Shown: positions 6,693 through 19,911, counted from the first letter of the stretch. The stretch is 20,000 bases of DNA from an uncultured virus (IMG/VR IMGVR_UViG_3300045125_000130) (IMGVR_UViG_3300045125_000130); one strand, 5' to 3'. Notes: generated by a model not told the origin, from the sequence alone. Made by a program: numbers and translations.

Positions 6693-8440
6693 CCCAATAT
6701 TCATCAAAAATCCAGGCAAATTGAGCGCCAATATGGATTACGGAAATCTTGACCAGTTGCACCGGCTTGATGTTGCTCATGTTTATTTTTCATATCTTGG
6801 ATTGGGCATAATCTTTTACACCATCACTAGTCATTATTGGAGGCATATATTTATTTTTTCGCCAAATCGATTTCCAATTGCGCTCATGGTAGAAGTAGAC
6901 TTACTCATACCAGCTATCATTGCCATTGTAACAGCTTTATCATCCCAGGCATTAACACCAGCAGCTTCATATAGGGAATTTCCAATAGCCAAAGCCATAA
7001 TCAAATCGTCATTATAGCTTTTCATTGCCTGGGCTTTGTTGTTTTCCATTACGAAAGCTTTAAATTCTTCTACAGTACGGGAGGAATATATTTTTATTCT
7101 ACGTGTTCTGATAACGGTTTTCAAGTTTAGCTAGGATTTCATCTCGGTTCTTTGGACCGGTAGTAAAACCTGGAAGATCGTTTACAATATCAGCCGTGGT
7201 ATAACTCATGTAAGCATTACTACGGTGAATGCGATCATAATAAATGTTTGGATATTGCGCCTTCTTAATATCAGTAGCTACGATAAGTCCGAATAGAGTT
7301 TAACTCTGGGCATAAGAGAGCTTGATTATATTTAAAGCCCAAATCCATCATTAATTCAGCAAGTTTCTCCGGGGGACACTTACCTTGATATTCGCATACA
7401 ACTTCGTCACTATTTGTGTCAATAACATGAATGGTTGAATAGTCGTCTGCATCGCCACGGGATACGTCAGCAGAAATAATATATTTGTGATTTGGTTCTG
7501 CATATTTCCATATCCATACGTCCCCTCTATCACCATAGGTGGCTATCGGCTGTTTTATTTGCTTCCTCCATATCTTCTATAACATCAGCAGATAGGAAGT
7601 TTTCACCGGAGGCAGCAAAGCTGCACAAAAAGTTCTTGAGCTACGCCACGTTCACCTTTGGCTGGTAAATCTCTGCTCTCTGGGCTTCATACCATTCTTG
7701 ATCTCTTTCTGGATGAACAGTCCATGGGAGCTCAATACGATAGAAGTTATTTTGCCCTTTACCTGGATTTTGGATTTCCTTCTCCATCTTCGCCTTCTTT
7801 GGCACCGACCCAAATCTTATGGAATAGAGTACCTACACCAGATGGAGAGGAGATTAGAATAGCATTACCACCGGTAGATAGTGTAGGCTAGACCAAGCCA
7901 TAACTCGTCAATACCATCAACGTGAGCAGCTTCGTCAATGATTGGGAGAGACAGAGCTTCAGAACGACCAGCATCGGTACCGGTAGGAACAGCTTGAACT
8001 TTAGAACCGTTAGAAAATTCAAGAATAACGAACGGAACGGGCTTTAATTGTGAGGCATGACAAGCCATTTTGGCAAGTTGTCATACATTCCGTTTACCTT
8101 CTTAATGAAGTTCTTTGCGACTTCAAGACGGGTAGCGATAACAAGGATATTCTTTTCACGCTGAAATAAAGCCATCCAGAGCGAATAAGCCGCAGATAGA
8201 GTAGATAGACCTAACTGACGGCTTTTGTTTGTGATAACGAAACGATGCTTTTGGAAAGCTGTAAGGCATTTATCCTGATATGGAAAGGTTTGGAAAGGGA
8301 TTGGACCTTTAACTGGATGGGAGATTTTAACGTATTTTGAGATGAAGTAGGATGCATCTGTTCCGCAGCGCCATGATTTGCTTTCATCTGTGCGGCACGA
8401 TTGGAACTGTTCCTAACGTTAAATTCTTTTTAGCGGGCAT
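6688..8440 (-). CDS. terL: Terminase large subunit, T4 gp17-like (several frameshifts; 3' end approximate)
   Basis: Fragments: YFISKYVKISHPVKG, FPYQ, Walker A KSRQLGLST, LEFSNGSKVQA...GRSEALSL, Walker B IIDEAAHV, ISSPSGVG, nuclease ADVSRGDADDYSTIHV, and YNDDLIMALAIG. Confidence 0.92.
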
Positions 8441-8850
8441 CAGTCAATTTCTACAAGGCATCCAAAACGATAATATGCCTTACGATTTCCGGTATAGTTG
8501 TAATATGAAATATATTCTATATCTTCATTGCATGTTTCTTCTTGAAGAGTAAAGTTTGGAACCGGTTGTCCCTCATATTTTTCTTTATATTCTTCTTTGA
8601 TTTGTTTGAGAGCGGCTTCAATAAAGCTTGTTGCTTCATCTCTATAACGGCGCATAAGTTCACGCATCATTGTATCAGAGCCAAAATTAACAATGCAAAG
8701 ATAACGGATTTTAAGGGCGCCGTCATCTAGTAGATCAAACTTAACAGATTGAGTTTGATAAACACGATTATAATTGCTAGTATCAGCACCAAAGCTTGTA
8801 TTTAGGAGCTTTGAAAGGTTAATAAATTTTTGATAATCTTTAATGAGCAT
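8440..8850 (-). CDS. Hypothetical protein translationally coupled to terL
   Basis: Intact 136-aa ORF with SD GAGG and a TGATG overlap with the terL start. Confidence 0.8.
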   Translation of the reverse strand: MLIKDYQKFINLSKLLNTSFGADTSNYNRVYQTQSVKFDLLDDGALKIRYLCIVNFGSDTMMRELMRRYRDEATSFIEAALKQIKEEYKEKYEGQPVPNFTLQEETCNEDIEYISYYNYTGNRKAYYRFGCLVEID

Positions 8851-8880
8851 ATTTTGCCTCTTTTGTTAATTAGAGCCCTT

Positions 8881-9153
8881 TCAACGGAAACTGATTGGCG
8901 AACGAGCACTTATTCTTCTTATATCTATATATTCTGCCCATTCTTCCCAATCCTTCTGTGGAAACTTATCCGCCTTCCAATCTATCCGCCTATCATTTGT
9001 CCAACGACCATCACAATGAGAACATACTCCTACCTTACGATAAGAGATGCTATCTTCAATCGTTTTCATAGGATAGCAACAAAGATGACAAAATAAAGGA
9101 ACAATATTGCTTTGATCTGTTGGTTTGACAACTATGATCTTTCCTTCATGCAA
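8881..9153 (-). CDS. Small Zn-finger protein (CxxC...CxxC)
   Basis: FCHLCCYPM...VGVCSHCD. The true start may lie slightly upstream. Confidence 0.7.
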   Translation of the reverse strand: MHEGKIIVVKPTDQSNIVPLFCHLCCYPMKTIEDSISYRKVGVCSHCDGRWTNDRRIDWKADKFPQKDWEEWAEYIDIRRISARSPISFR

Positions 9154-9192
9154 GCTTTTCTATCTTTTTTCCATGAAGTTATTATGAAGGGT

Positions 9193-9524
9193 TCACCCTT
9201 TTTTGTTTCCCCTCATGACAACCATAGGGTTCTCTTTAACTAACCAAAACTCTTTTTCTAATGGCGGTTCTTCTCCCTGGCGGAACCACATCATCTTTCT
9301 ACCACCCGTTGTCTTATATACCCCAATATCGTTATCTCCCCAGCATGAACCAAATCATGACAGGAATGACATACCACAGCAAAGATTGCTATTATCATTG
9401 GTACTTCTGGGATCGCATTGCGGAATGATATGATGGAGATTTAATGCAGCCGATTTATTAAATCCACATATCTCACATTTATCTTTTACAAGTTTTCTTG
9501 ATTTGCTTTTCTTCTATGTTTCAT
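9193..9524 (-). CDS. HNH endonuclease (frameshifted; not in the ORF track)
   Basis: KDKCEICGFNKSAALNLHHIIPQCDPRSTNDNSNL, then AVVCHSCHDLVHAGEITILGVYKTTGGRKMMWFR in another frame. Confidence 0.8.
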
Positions 9525-9530
9525 AAACGG

Positions 9531-9563
9531 AAAACCCAAGAGACATTATATCCCTTGGGTCTT
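9531..9563 (-). terminator. Intrinsic terminator
   Basis: AAGACCCAAGGGATA-taa-TGTCTCTTGGGTTTT on the minus strand. Confidence 0.65.
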
Positions 9564-9585
9564 GAATTCTAACCTGTTTTATATA

Positions 9586-9899
9586 TCAGCGATTTAGATT
9601 TGATTGTAGACGGATTGCAATCTTCTCACAACCAAGAATAACGTTCTGTATCGTGGGATTAACGTAAGCATCCGTCATCAGAGAACCAATCTCACGATGC
9701 GTTTCTAAATCAACGTGATAACCAATATCACGTAAGATTCGAGAGGCGGTGGTCCAATTCTCTTCACTATATCCCATACAAAGAGTTTCCTGGTAATAAC
9801 CAAGAAGCTCTAGAGCTCGTTCCGATGGACTAAACCGGCGGGACTGATTGTGGTTGCGGTTATTATTACGGTTTTCTTATTATTGTTGTTCTTGTTCAT
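9586..9899 (-). CDS. Hypothetical protein with Asn-rich N-terminus (frameshifted)
   Basis: MNKNNNNK at ATG 9899 joins the frame NNRNHNQSRRFSPSERALELLGYYQETLCMGYSEENW... Confidence 0.6.
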
Positions 9900-9927
9900 T
9901 TTACTTTTGTTTGTTAGAGGTTATTGT

Positions 9928-10553
9928 TTATAGGTTCAGGAATTCAATTCCGTCAACGTTAATTGTTTGATATGAAAATTCTACGGCACCTTCGCTTGGT
10001 TCTGGTTTCTCATATGCTGCATTTCCAAGATCAATACCCTGAATACGAGCACCATTTAATACCCATTCCGAGGCGGGGGCGCCCTTTTCATTAAGCCACT
10101 TGATAGAAAACTTTACAGAGTTCTTCTTTGCAGCTTCAAACAACTGCTTCCAAGCATAAAGCTTATCTCCTTTTCATGGGGCATGGTATAAAAATATACT
10201 AATACCGTGCTTTTCTCTTTAATAGATTGGGTACTCTTATGCTGTGAGAAGATTATCTTTGGTAGCTCTACGTTCTTTACACGGAAAGGCTCAAGAGCTT
10301 CACATTGAACAACAAAGCGATCTGAATAGACTACTTCTCCCTGTTCTTCCGCTTCTTCTTCGGGTTCTTCTTCGGTCTTCTTTTTTCTTTCTATTCTTTA
10401 GCTTTTCCAAATCAGTAGGAGGAGGCGGGGAGGCTCGGACCCCTCTACTTCTTCCGTTTCCTCTTCGGGAGCAGGCGGAGGAATTGTTACGGTCCTGCCA
10501 CGTGATTTACCTGGATTACGAACTGAAATCTTTTTTATATTTGTATTAATCAT
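9928..10553 (-). CDS. Tail-tube (T4 gp19)-like protein with Pro/Glu-rich N-terminal extension (frameshifted)
   Basis: DRFVVQCEALEPFRVKNVELPKI...IKWLNEKGAPASEWVLNGARIQGIDLGNAAYEKPEPSEGAVEFSYQ resembles the gp19 pattern by eye. The ATG overlaps the inferred sbcC stop (ATGA). Confidence 0.55.
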
Positions 10554-10862
10554 GCTTCTACTACTTTTGATCTCTAACCCATCGTTATAAATGTCTATAA
10601 TCTTATCTGCTACTTCTTTGATTGGATCTACGTGTGTTATAACCATAATCGTTCTGAAATATGATTTAAACATAGTTAACAAATCCATGCATTTTGTTAA
10701 ACTATCCTGGTCTAATGTTCCAAATCCTTCATCTATTATAAAGATATCGGGTCGGGACAAACTGGAAAGATTAATAAGGGCAACTCGTAAAGCGAGTGAA
10801 CATATCATCTTTTCCATTCCAGAGGCTAACTCAATAATCCGTCTAGAGTGCCCATCCTCTAG
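10550..10862 (-). CDS. sbcC: SbcC/Rad50 (gp46-like) ATPase, C-terminal fragment cut by the palindrome apex
   Basis: Signature ELASGMEK, Walker B/D-loop FIIDEGFGTLD and H-loop VITH are present. Walker A and the coiled coil are absent. Confidence 0.88.
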
Positions 10863-10906
10863 TGTTTGATGATATGGGTAAACATGTTATACCCAATCAT
10901 CATACA

Positions 10907-11219
10907 CTTGAGGATGGGCACTCTAGACGGATTATTGAGTTAGCCTCTGGAATGGAAAAGATGATATGTTCACTCGCTTTACGAGTTGCCCTTATTAATC
11001 TTTCCAGTTTGTCCCGACCCGATATCTTTATAATAGATGAAGGATTTGGAACATTAGACCAGGATAGTTTAACAAAATGCATGGATTTGTTAACTATGTT
11101 TAAATCATATTTCAGAACGATTATGGTTATAACACACGTAGATCCAATCAAAGAAGTAGCAGATAAGATTATAGACATTTATAACGATGGGTTAGAGATC
11201 AAAAGTAGTAGAAGCATGA
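10907..11219 (+). CDS. sbcC: Mirror copy: SbcC/Rad50 C-terminal fragment
   Basis: Reverse complement of 10550-10862 with the same motifs. Confidence 0.88.
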
Positions 11220-11840
11220 TTAATACAAATATAAAAAAGATTTCAGTTCGTAATCCAGGTAAATCACGTGGCAGGACCGTAACAATTCCTCCGCCTGCTC
11301 CCGAAGAGGAAACGGAAGAAGTAGAGGGGTCCGAGCCTCCCCGCCTCCTCCTACTGATTTGGAAAAGCTAAAGAATAGAAAGAAAAAGAAGACCGAAGAA
11401 GAACCCGAAGAAGAAGCGGAAGAACAGGGAGAAGTAGTCTATTCAGATCGCTTTGTTGTTCAATGTGAAGCTCTTGAGCCTTTCCGTGTAAAGAACGTAG
11501 AGCTACCAAAGATAATCTTCTCACAGCATAAGAGTACCCAATCTATTAAAGAGAAAAGCACGGTATTAGTATATTTTTATACCATGCCCCATGAAAAGGA
11601 GATAAGCTTTATGCTTGGAAGCAGTTGTTTGAAGCTGCAAAGAAGAACTCTGTAAAGTTTTCTATCAAGTGGCTTAATGAAAAGGGCGCCCCCGCCTCGG
11701 AATGGGTATTAAATGGTGCTCGTATTCAGGGTATTGATCTTGGAAATGCAGCATATGAGAAACCAGAACCAAGCGAAGGTGCCGTAGAATTTTCATATCA
11801 AACAATTAACGTTGACGGAATTGAATTCCTGAACCTATAA
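11216..11840 (+). CDS. Mirror copy: tail-tube-like protein (frameshifted)
   Basis: Reverse complement of 9928-10553. Confidence 0.55.
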
Positions 11841-11868
11841 ACAATAACCTCTAACAAACAAAAGTAAA

Positions 11869-12182
11869 ATGAACAAGAACAACAATAATAAGAAAACCGT
11901 AATAATAACCGCAACCACAATCAGTCCCGCCGGTTTAGTCCATCGGAACGAGCTCTAGAGCTTCTTGGTTATTACCAGGAAACTCTTTGTATGGGATATA
12001 GTGAAGAGAATTGGACCACCGCCTCTCGAATCTTACGTGATATTGGTTATCACGTTGATTTAGAAACGCATCGTGAGATTGGTTCTCTGATGACGGATGC
12101 TTACGTTAATCCCACGATACAGAACGTTATTCTTGGTTGTGAGAAGATTGCAATCCGTCTACAATCAAATCTAAATCGCTGA
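11869..12182 (+). CDS. Mirror copy: hypothetical protein
   Basis: Reverse complement of 9586-9899. Confidence 0.6.
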
Positions 12183-12243
12183 TATATAAAACAGGTTAGA
12201 ATTCAAGACCCAAGGGATATAATGTCTCTTGGGTTTTCCGTTT

Positions 12244-12575
12244 ATGAAACATAGAAGAAAAGCAAATCAAGAAAACTTGTAAAAGATAAATGTGAGATAT
12301 GTGGATTTAATAAATCGGCTGCATTAAATCTCCATCATATCATTCCGCAATGCGATCCCAGAAGTACCAATGATAATAGCAATCTTTGCTGTGGTATGTC
12401 ATTCCTGTCATGATTTGGTTCATGCTGGGGAGATAACGATATTGGGGTATATAAGACAACGGGTGGTAGAAAGATGATGTGGTTCCGCCAGGGAGAAGAA
12501 CCGCCATTAGAAAAAGAGTTTTGGTTAGTTAAAGAGAACCCTATGGTTGTCATGAGGGGAAACAAAAAAGGGTGA
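12244..12575 (+). CDS. Mirror copy: HNH endonuclease (frameshifted)
   Basis: Reverse complement of 9193-9524. Confidence 0.8.
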
Positions 12576-12614
12576 ACCCTTCATAATAACTTCATGGAAA
12601 AAAGATAGAAAAGC

Positions 12615-12887
12615 TTGCATGAAGGAAAGATCATAGTTGTCAAACCAACAGATCAAAGCAATATTGTTCCTTTATTTTGTCATCTTTGTTGCTATCCTAT
12701 GAAAACGATTGAAGATAGCATCTCTTATCGTAAGGTAGGAGTATGTTCTCATTGTGATGGTCGTTGGACAAATGATAGGCGGATAGATTGGAAGGCGGAT
12801 AAGTTTCCACAGAAGGATTGGGAAGAATGGGCAGAATATATAGATATAAGAAGAATAAGTGCTCGTTCGCCAATCAGTTTCCGTTGA
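12615..12887 (+). CDS. Mirror copy: small Zn-finger protein
   Basis: Translation identical to 8881-9153. Confidence 0.7.
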   Translation: MHEGKIIVVKPTDQSNIVPLFCHLCCYPMKTIEDSISYRKVGVCSHCDGRWTNDRRIDWKADKFPQKDWEEWAEYIDIRRISARSPISFR

Positions 12888-12917
12888 AAGGGCTCTAATT
12901 AACAAAAGAGGCAAAAT

Positions 12918-13328
12918 ATGCTCATTAAAGATTATCAAAAATTTATTAACCTTTCAAAGCTCCTAAATACAAGCTTTGGTGCTGATACTAGCAATTATAA
13001 TCGTGTTTATCAAACTCAATCTGTTAAGTTTGATCTACTAGATGACGGCGCCCTTAAAATCCGTTATCTTTGCATTGTTAATTTTGGCTCTGATACAATG
13101 ATGCGTGAACTTATGCGCCGTTATAGAGATGAAGCAACAAGCTTTATTGAAGCCGCTCTCAAACAAATCAAAGAAGAATATAAAGAAAAATATGAGGGAC
13201 AACCGGTTCCAAACTTTACTCTTCAAGAAGAAACATGCAATGAAGATATAGAATATATTTCATATTACAACTATACCGGAAATCGTAAGGCATATTATCG
13301 TTTTGGATGCCTTGTAGAAATTGACTGA
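12918..13328 (+). CDS. Mirror copy: hypothetical protein upstream of terL
   Basis: Translation identical to 8440-8850. Confidence 0.8.
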   Translation: MLIKDYQKFINLSKLLNTSFGADTSNYNRVYQTQSVKFDLLDDGALKIRYLCIVNFGSDTMMRELMRRYRDEATSFIEAALKQIKEEYKEKYEGQPVPNFTLQEETCNEDIEYISYYNYTGNRKAYYRFGCLVEID

Positions 13329-15080
13329 TGCCCGCTAAAAAGAATTTAACGTTAGGAACAGTTCCAATCGTGCCGCACAGATGAAAGCAAATCATGGCGC
13401 TGCGGAACAGATGCATCCTACTTCATCTCAAAATACGTTAAAATCTCCCATCCAGTTAAAGGTCCAATCCCTTTCCAAACCTTTCCATATCAGGATAAAT
13501 GCCTTACAGCTTTCCAAAAGCATCGTTTCGTTATCACAAACAAAAGCCGTCAGTTAGGTCTATCTACTCTATCTGCGGCTTATTCGCTCTGGATGGCTTT
13601 ATTTCAGCGTGAAAAGAATATCCTTGTTATCGCTACCCGTCTTGAAGTCGCAAAGAACTTCATTAAGAAGGTAAACGGAATGTATGACAACTTGCCAAAA
13701 TGGCTTGTCATGCCTCACAATTAAAGCCCGTTCCGTTCGTTATTCTTGAATTTTCTAACGGTTCTAAAGTTCAAGCTGTTCCTACCGGTACCGATGCTGG
13801 TCGTTCTGAAGCTCTGTCTCTCCCAATCATTGACGAAGCTGCTCACGTTGATGGTATTGACGAGTTATGGCTTGGTCTAGCCTACACTATCTACCGGTGG
13901 TAATGCTATTCTAATCTCCTCTCCATCTGGTGTAGGTACTCTATTCCATAAGATTTGGGTCGGTGCCAAAGAAGGCGAAGATGGAGAAGGAAATCCAAAA
14001 TCCAGGTAAAGGGCAAAATAACTTCTATCGTATTGAGCTCCCATGGACTGTTCATCCAGAAAGAGATCAAGAATGGTATGAAGCCCAGAGAGCAGAGATT
14101 TACCAGCCAAAGGTGAACGTGGCGTAGCTCAAGAACTTTTTGTGCAGCTTTGCTGCCTCCGGTGAAAACTTCCTATCTGCTGATGTTATAGAAGATATGG
14201 AGGAAGCAAATAAAACAGCCGATAGCCACCTATGGTGATAGAGGGGACGTATGGATATGGAAATATGCAGAACCAAATCACAAATATATTATTTCTGCTG
14301 ACGTATCCCGTGGCGATGCAGACGACTATTCAACCATTCATGTTATTGACACAAATAGTGACGAAGTTGTATGCGAATATCAAGGTAAGTGTCCCCCGGA
14401 GAAACTTGCTGAATTAATGATGGATTTGGGCTTTAAATATAATCAAGCTCTCTTATGCCCAGAGTTAAACCTCATTCGGACTTATCGTAGCTACTGATAT
14501 TAAGAAGGCGCAATATCCAAACATTTATTATGATCGCATTCACCGTAGTAATGCTTACATGAGTTATACCACGGCTGATATTGTAAACGATCTTCCAGGT
14601 TTTACTACCGGTCCAAAGAACCGAGATGAAATCCTAGCTAAACTTGAAAACCGTTATCAGAACACGTAGAATAAAAATATATTCCTCCCGTACTGTAGAA
14701 GAATTTAAAGCTTTCGTAATGGAAAACAACAAAGCCCAGGCAATGAAAAGCTATAATGACGATTTGATTATGGCTTTGGCTATTGGAAATTCCCTATATG
14801 AAGCTGCTGGTGTTAATGCCTGGGATGATAAAGCTGTTACAATGGCAATGATAGCTGGTATGAGTAAGTCTACTTCTACCATGAGCGCAATTGGAAATCG
14901 ATTTGGCGAAAAAATAAATATATGCCTCCAATAATGACTAGTGATGGTGTAAAAGATTATGCCCAATCCAAGATATGAAAAATAAACATGAGCAACATCA
15001 AGCCGGTGCAACTGGTCAAGATTTCCGTAATCCATATTGGCGCTCAATTTGCCTGGATTTTTGATGAATATTGGGTTTAA
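13328..15080 (+). CDS. terL: Mirror copy: terminase large subunit (frameshifted)
   Basis: Reverse complement of 6688-8440. Confidence 0.92.
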
Positions 15081-15110
15081 AATAAGTTTATAATCTGGTA
15101 TGATACCCTT

Positions 15111-15547
15111 ATGCACAGATATCTACGTATTGCAACGCAGTATGCCACAGAGAAGGACTATGGTGATCAGATCGATTATCATCTTTGCGCTATCATTGTT
15201 CGTGGTGGTTCAGTAATCTCGGTGTGCTACAATAAACATAACACTAATGCTTTTGTTGAGTATTATACCGATATCACTCGTGGTAAGGGAAGAGATTTTT
15301 GTCTTTCAACCCATGCTGAACAGGATGCTATTTTAGGGCACGTAACAAGGTTGATTTGCGTGGCTGTAAGATTTTGTAGCCCGTAGGCTACGGTTGAACG
15401 GTAAACCTGGAATGGCTCGCTTGTCCTATCTGCGAGAACACTCCAAACAGTTACGGTATTCGTAAGGCATATTATACTATTAATGAGCATCAGTTTGGTA
15501 AGATGCTAATTAAGCCTAATGGAGATACCACGGATATCGTTTACTGA
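15111..15547 (+). CDS. Mirror copy: Zn-dependent deaminase
   Basis: MHRYLRIATQYA...STHAEQDAI, followed by CPIC. Confidence 0.8.
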
Positions 15548-16014
15548 TGTTGCATTGGTTTAGAAAGAAGGAGCATACTTGTCAGCTATGTTTTCGTGAT
15601 AAACGAAAGATAGATAAGTCTCCCGCATTTTTCTGAACATATATGTTGGGAATGTTGGAACGCCGAGAGATTAAGATTGCGTTCCAATAATCGCTCCAAA
15701 AGAAATAAGAGAAGCCCTCCGGTCGTATTTCTACCCGTCAATGGTTGATGGTATTAGAAGCTTCCGAGTGGGGTTGTGCTGTTTGTAACGTTAAAGGTAG
15801 GCATAAGCTTACCTTGGATCATATTATTCCAATAAATCAGGGTGGCACGAATACAGCAGACAATGCACAGCCTCTTTGTGTTCCATGCCATGAAAAGAAG
15901 GATGGATATGAACGTAGACCCCTATGGTGGTTAAGACGTGTTCTTCGTAAGTGGAGAAGATGGGTATGGAAACGTTTTACTATTTCTTTGCCGAAGATTA
16001 GCCTTCTAGAATAA
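15547..16014 (+). CDS. Mirror copy: HNH endonuclease
   Basis: Reverse complement of 5753-6220. Confidence 0.85.
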
Positions 16015-16042
16015 ACACTACTTATACGTAGGTAAGAAGTAT

Positions 16043-16419
16043 ATGCCTCGTAAAAAAGTAGATTACAAAATACCATTTATAAAGGAAGCCGATAAGATTA
16101 ACAATCTTCCAGCAGGTAGTGTTCCACATCAAATTACTTTATATGAAATGCGAAAACCAAATTGGGAGCAGAAATATGAGTGGCGTGAAAATGAAATATT
16201 TGATGCCAATTTAAAGTTTATCAATATGTATTACGGTGGTAAGATACTTTGGGAAGATACCCAAACAGGAGCAAAGATACTGGATGAACCAAAGTGGTCT
16301 ATGCGGCTGTATTGAAATCTAAATCGGTAGTTTATGGAACAGTTTTAGGTACATGGGTCTTTAAGAAACATGGAACTACTTATAGCATCTTTCCGTATAT
16401 AGAAAAGAAAAGGGGATAA
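16043..16419 (+). CDS. Mirror copy: hypothetical protein (extra indels)
   Basis: Reverse complement of 5350-5724. Confidence 0.7.
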
Positions 16420-16776
16420 TATTGGTTTCGACAGGGGAAGTGATAATTGATTTGCATAGCAGCGGGCGTTTATGACCGCTCAAAAACCGTAAACAAAAGT
16501 AAGTGCAAACGATAGTTCTTATAGCTCTTACGCTCTTGCTGCTTGACAGCAAGCGGTTTAATAGATACGCCGTTTGAGGATCTATTAGATTGTTATTAAA
16601 CAAACTCGACCTTGTAGGGATAGCTTCTACTGCCAAGGTTTAAACTTTGAAGCCATATCATATACAACCCGCTCTTTGGTTAAGCTTATGATGGGTAATT
16701 TATAAAAGGGCTACGCTATGTGACAACAAATCATTTGGATCTCTTCTGGACTCGGGTTCGACTCCCGATATCTCCA
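16412..16776 (+). ncRNA. ssrA: Mirror copy: tmRNA (tag at 16505-16546)
   Basis: GGGGATAATATTGGTTTCGAC...GGACTCGGGTTCGACTCCCGATATCTCCA, with tag ANDSSYSSYALAA*. Confidence 0.95.
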
Positions 16777-16845
16777 TTTAAGCCCTATTTTATAGGGCTT
16801 TTTTATTACTTGAAAATCATCTTTTCTTATGCTAATATATTAAGC

Positions 16846-17227
16846 ATGAACAAGATCGAAAACATTGAGCAGTACGCTGACGCCCTCACCGACACCTTTG
16901 CTACGCTTCGCCTGCGTGGCGATGTTGCTTTGCCGTGCCCTGCTCCGCAGCCCTGGAATGATAAGACCTTTACCCCGTTCTATGCTGCCGAGGTTGCCCG
17001 ACCGTATTATGTTCCGGAGTGGCAGTTTAGTTGTTATCCGGTGTATGCGGCATCCGGCGGTGTTAACCGTTTTGGTGGGCTCCGTCTTAGTGTGCAGATT
17101 AGCGGCCCCGGTATGAGCCCGCCGTCTAAGTCTGTCACCGTCACCGCTCCGGAGGAGATCGCTTCGGCGCTTGATACTCTCGACACGTTCCGTCGTGATG
17201 TGCTTAATCGGTGCCGCCGCACAATAG
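16846..17227 (+). CDS. Mirror copy: hypothetical protein
   Basis: Reverse complement of 4542-4922. An indel fuses it to the membrane ORF in the ORF track. Confidence 0.65.
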
Positions 17228-17374
17228 CTATCGGCATATTGCTAACCTCGGGCGCTGCTACAATCGTTATGAGTGCAATGATTGCGGTGCGAAGTTTGAG
17301 ATTGATAGCGGCGATTGATATGGGTTTGTTCCTTATCCTGTTTTTCTTTCTCGGATCCGGAGCGGTTTTAGATT

Positions 17375-17820
17375 ATGCTCAAGCCTCGCTGATTATCCCG
17401 CTTCGCTGGACGAGGTTATCCGTGATGTAAAGTATAAGAGTGAAACGCTAGAGGCTCTAAACCGCTTCAAGCGTTTCTACCCCTGGAAGGGGGATCTTAT
17501 CAGTCGCATGGATAAGTTTGGGTGGCTTCATATTGAGCTTTGCCGGATTTATCGTTTGGATATTGAATTGAAGTTTGATCCCAGCGTCCTACTGAATGAG
17601 GGCAGCGGGCGTTCTAACTTTGATCCTCTCAATAAGACTATCACGCTTCACGGTAAGCTTTCGGTTCTAACTTTTCTACACGAGTGGGGTCATGTTCTCA
17701 AGGGATCCAAGCGAGCATAAGGCGTGCGTATGGAGCGTTAATCTTTTTCGTAGAGTGTTTCCCGATAACTTTTAATCGCCTTCGGGATAATGCACGTGGT
17801 CATTTCTGGCTGCTGGCTAA
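17375..17820 (+). CDS. Mirror copy: HExxH metallopeptidase (broken by indels)
   Basis: TFLHEWGHVL; reverse complement of 3951-4394. Confidence 0.65.
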
Positions 17821-17886
17821 ATAAAGTTTATTTTCTAGAACCGACCCTGCTATGCTTATAGCAGGTGTTTAACGTTTTAAGGATAT

Positions 17887-19211
<1,325 letters not shown>

Positions 19212-19303
19212 TCGTGGGATATACTTAAAAGGAACCAACAAATAGCTGAAAGCGGGCTAACCCTAAACAAGTAGCCTGTTTTTTGCTTTTTAGGAGATAA
19301 AAT

Positions 19304-19911
19304 ATGAGAAAACTAATATTTGCTATATTAGCTACGATCAATGTTAATAGGTGGATCATCCACAGGTTATCGTGATGAAGTAGCAACGGTAACGCCACCA
19401 GCAGATCCATTAACGGTTACATGTTATGATAACAGCGAACATGTTTGCTATGATCCAAGTTTAGATGCCCCGGTTCCAGAACCAATCCCGGTTAATAGAA
19501 ATGTTCATTTAGCTCTTGCTCGCATTTGTATTAGCAGGAAGCCGGCTTTCAAACAAGAACAAACGATTGCACAATGATATACCATGCCCTTCGCACAAGA
19601 AGTAGAACAGGAGAAGTAACGTTAGGCATTATGAGAGCCTATGCGCCTTTATCATTCAATCTTAATAGAACAGACAATCACAGGTGGGTTGCTCACTTGC
19701 GTCCAGATTTAAGAGAACCAAGAGGTTGGAGAGAAACAACAATAATTCTTGGTCCAGCAGACGAGAAGGTTTCCGACAAGTTTATGAGCACGTTGGAACC
19801 TTATTAAGAACAAATCCGGAAAATCCTTGTAATGTTCGAATAGATCATTGGGGTGCCAGATATTTCCGTAGAAATACTCTTATAAGAAGAGGTTGGACAC
19901 CAATAGAATGC
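19304..19911 (+). CDS. Mirror copy: SleB-like hydrolase, truncated by the adapter
   Basis: Reverse complement of 1866-2471 with several indels. Confidence 0.6.

Noticed and set aside
6688..8440. Stop-codon recoding, programmed frameshifting or introns in terL
   Set aside because: The breaks require frame changes rather than read-through, no inserted sequence is evident, and TAA, TAG and TGA all end intact genes in this window.
10862..11371. 169-aa SbcC-like ORF with a novel N-terminus and acidic tail
   Set aside because: The N-terminus is created by the apex. The tail arises from a probable indel that fuses sbcC to the next gene at the ATGA overlap (11216-11219).
16720..17430. 236-aa membrane-anchored ORF
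   Set aside because: It starts inside the tmRNA and terminator, and fuses neighbouring genes through indels absent from the left arm.
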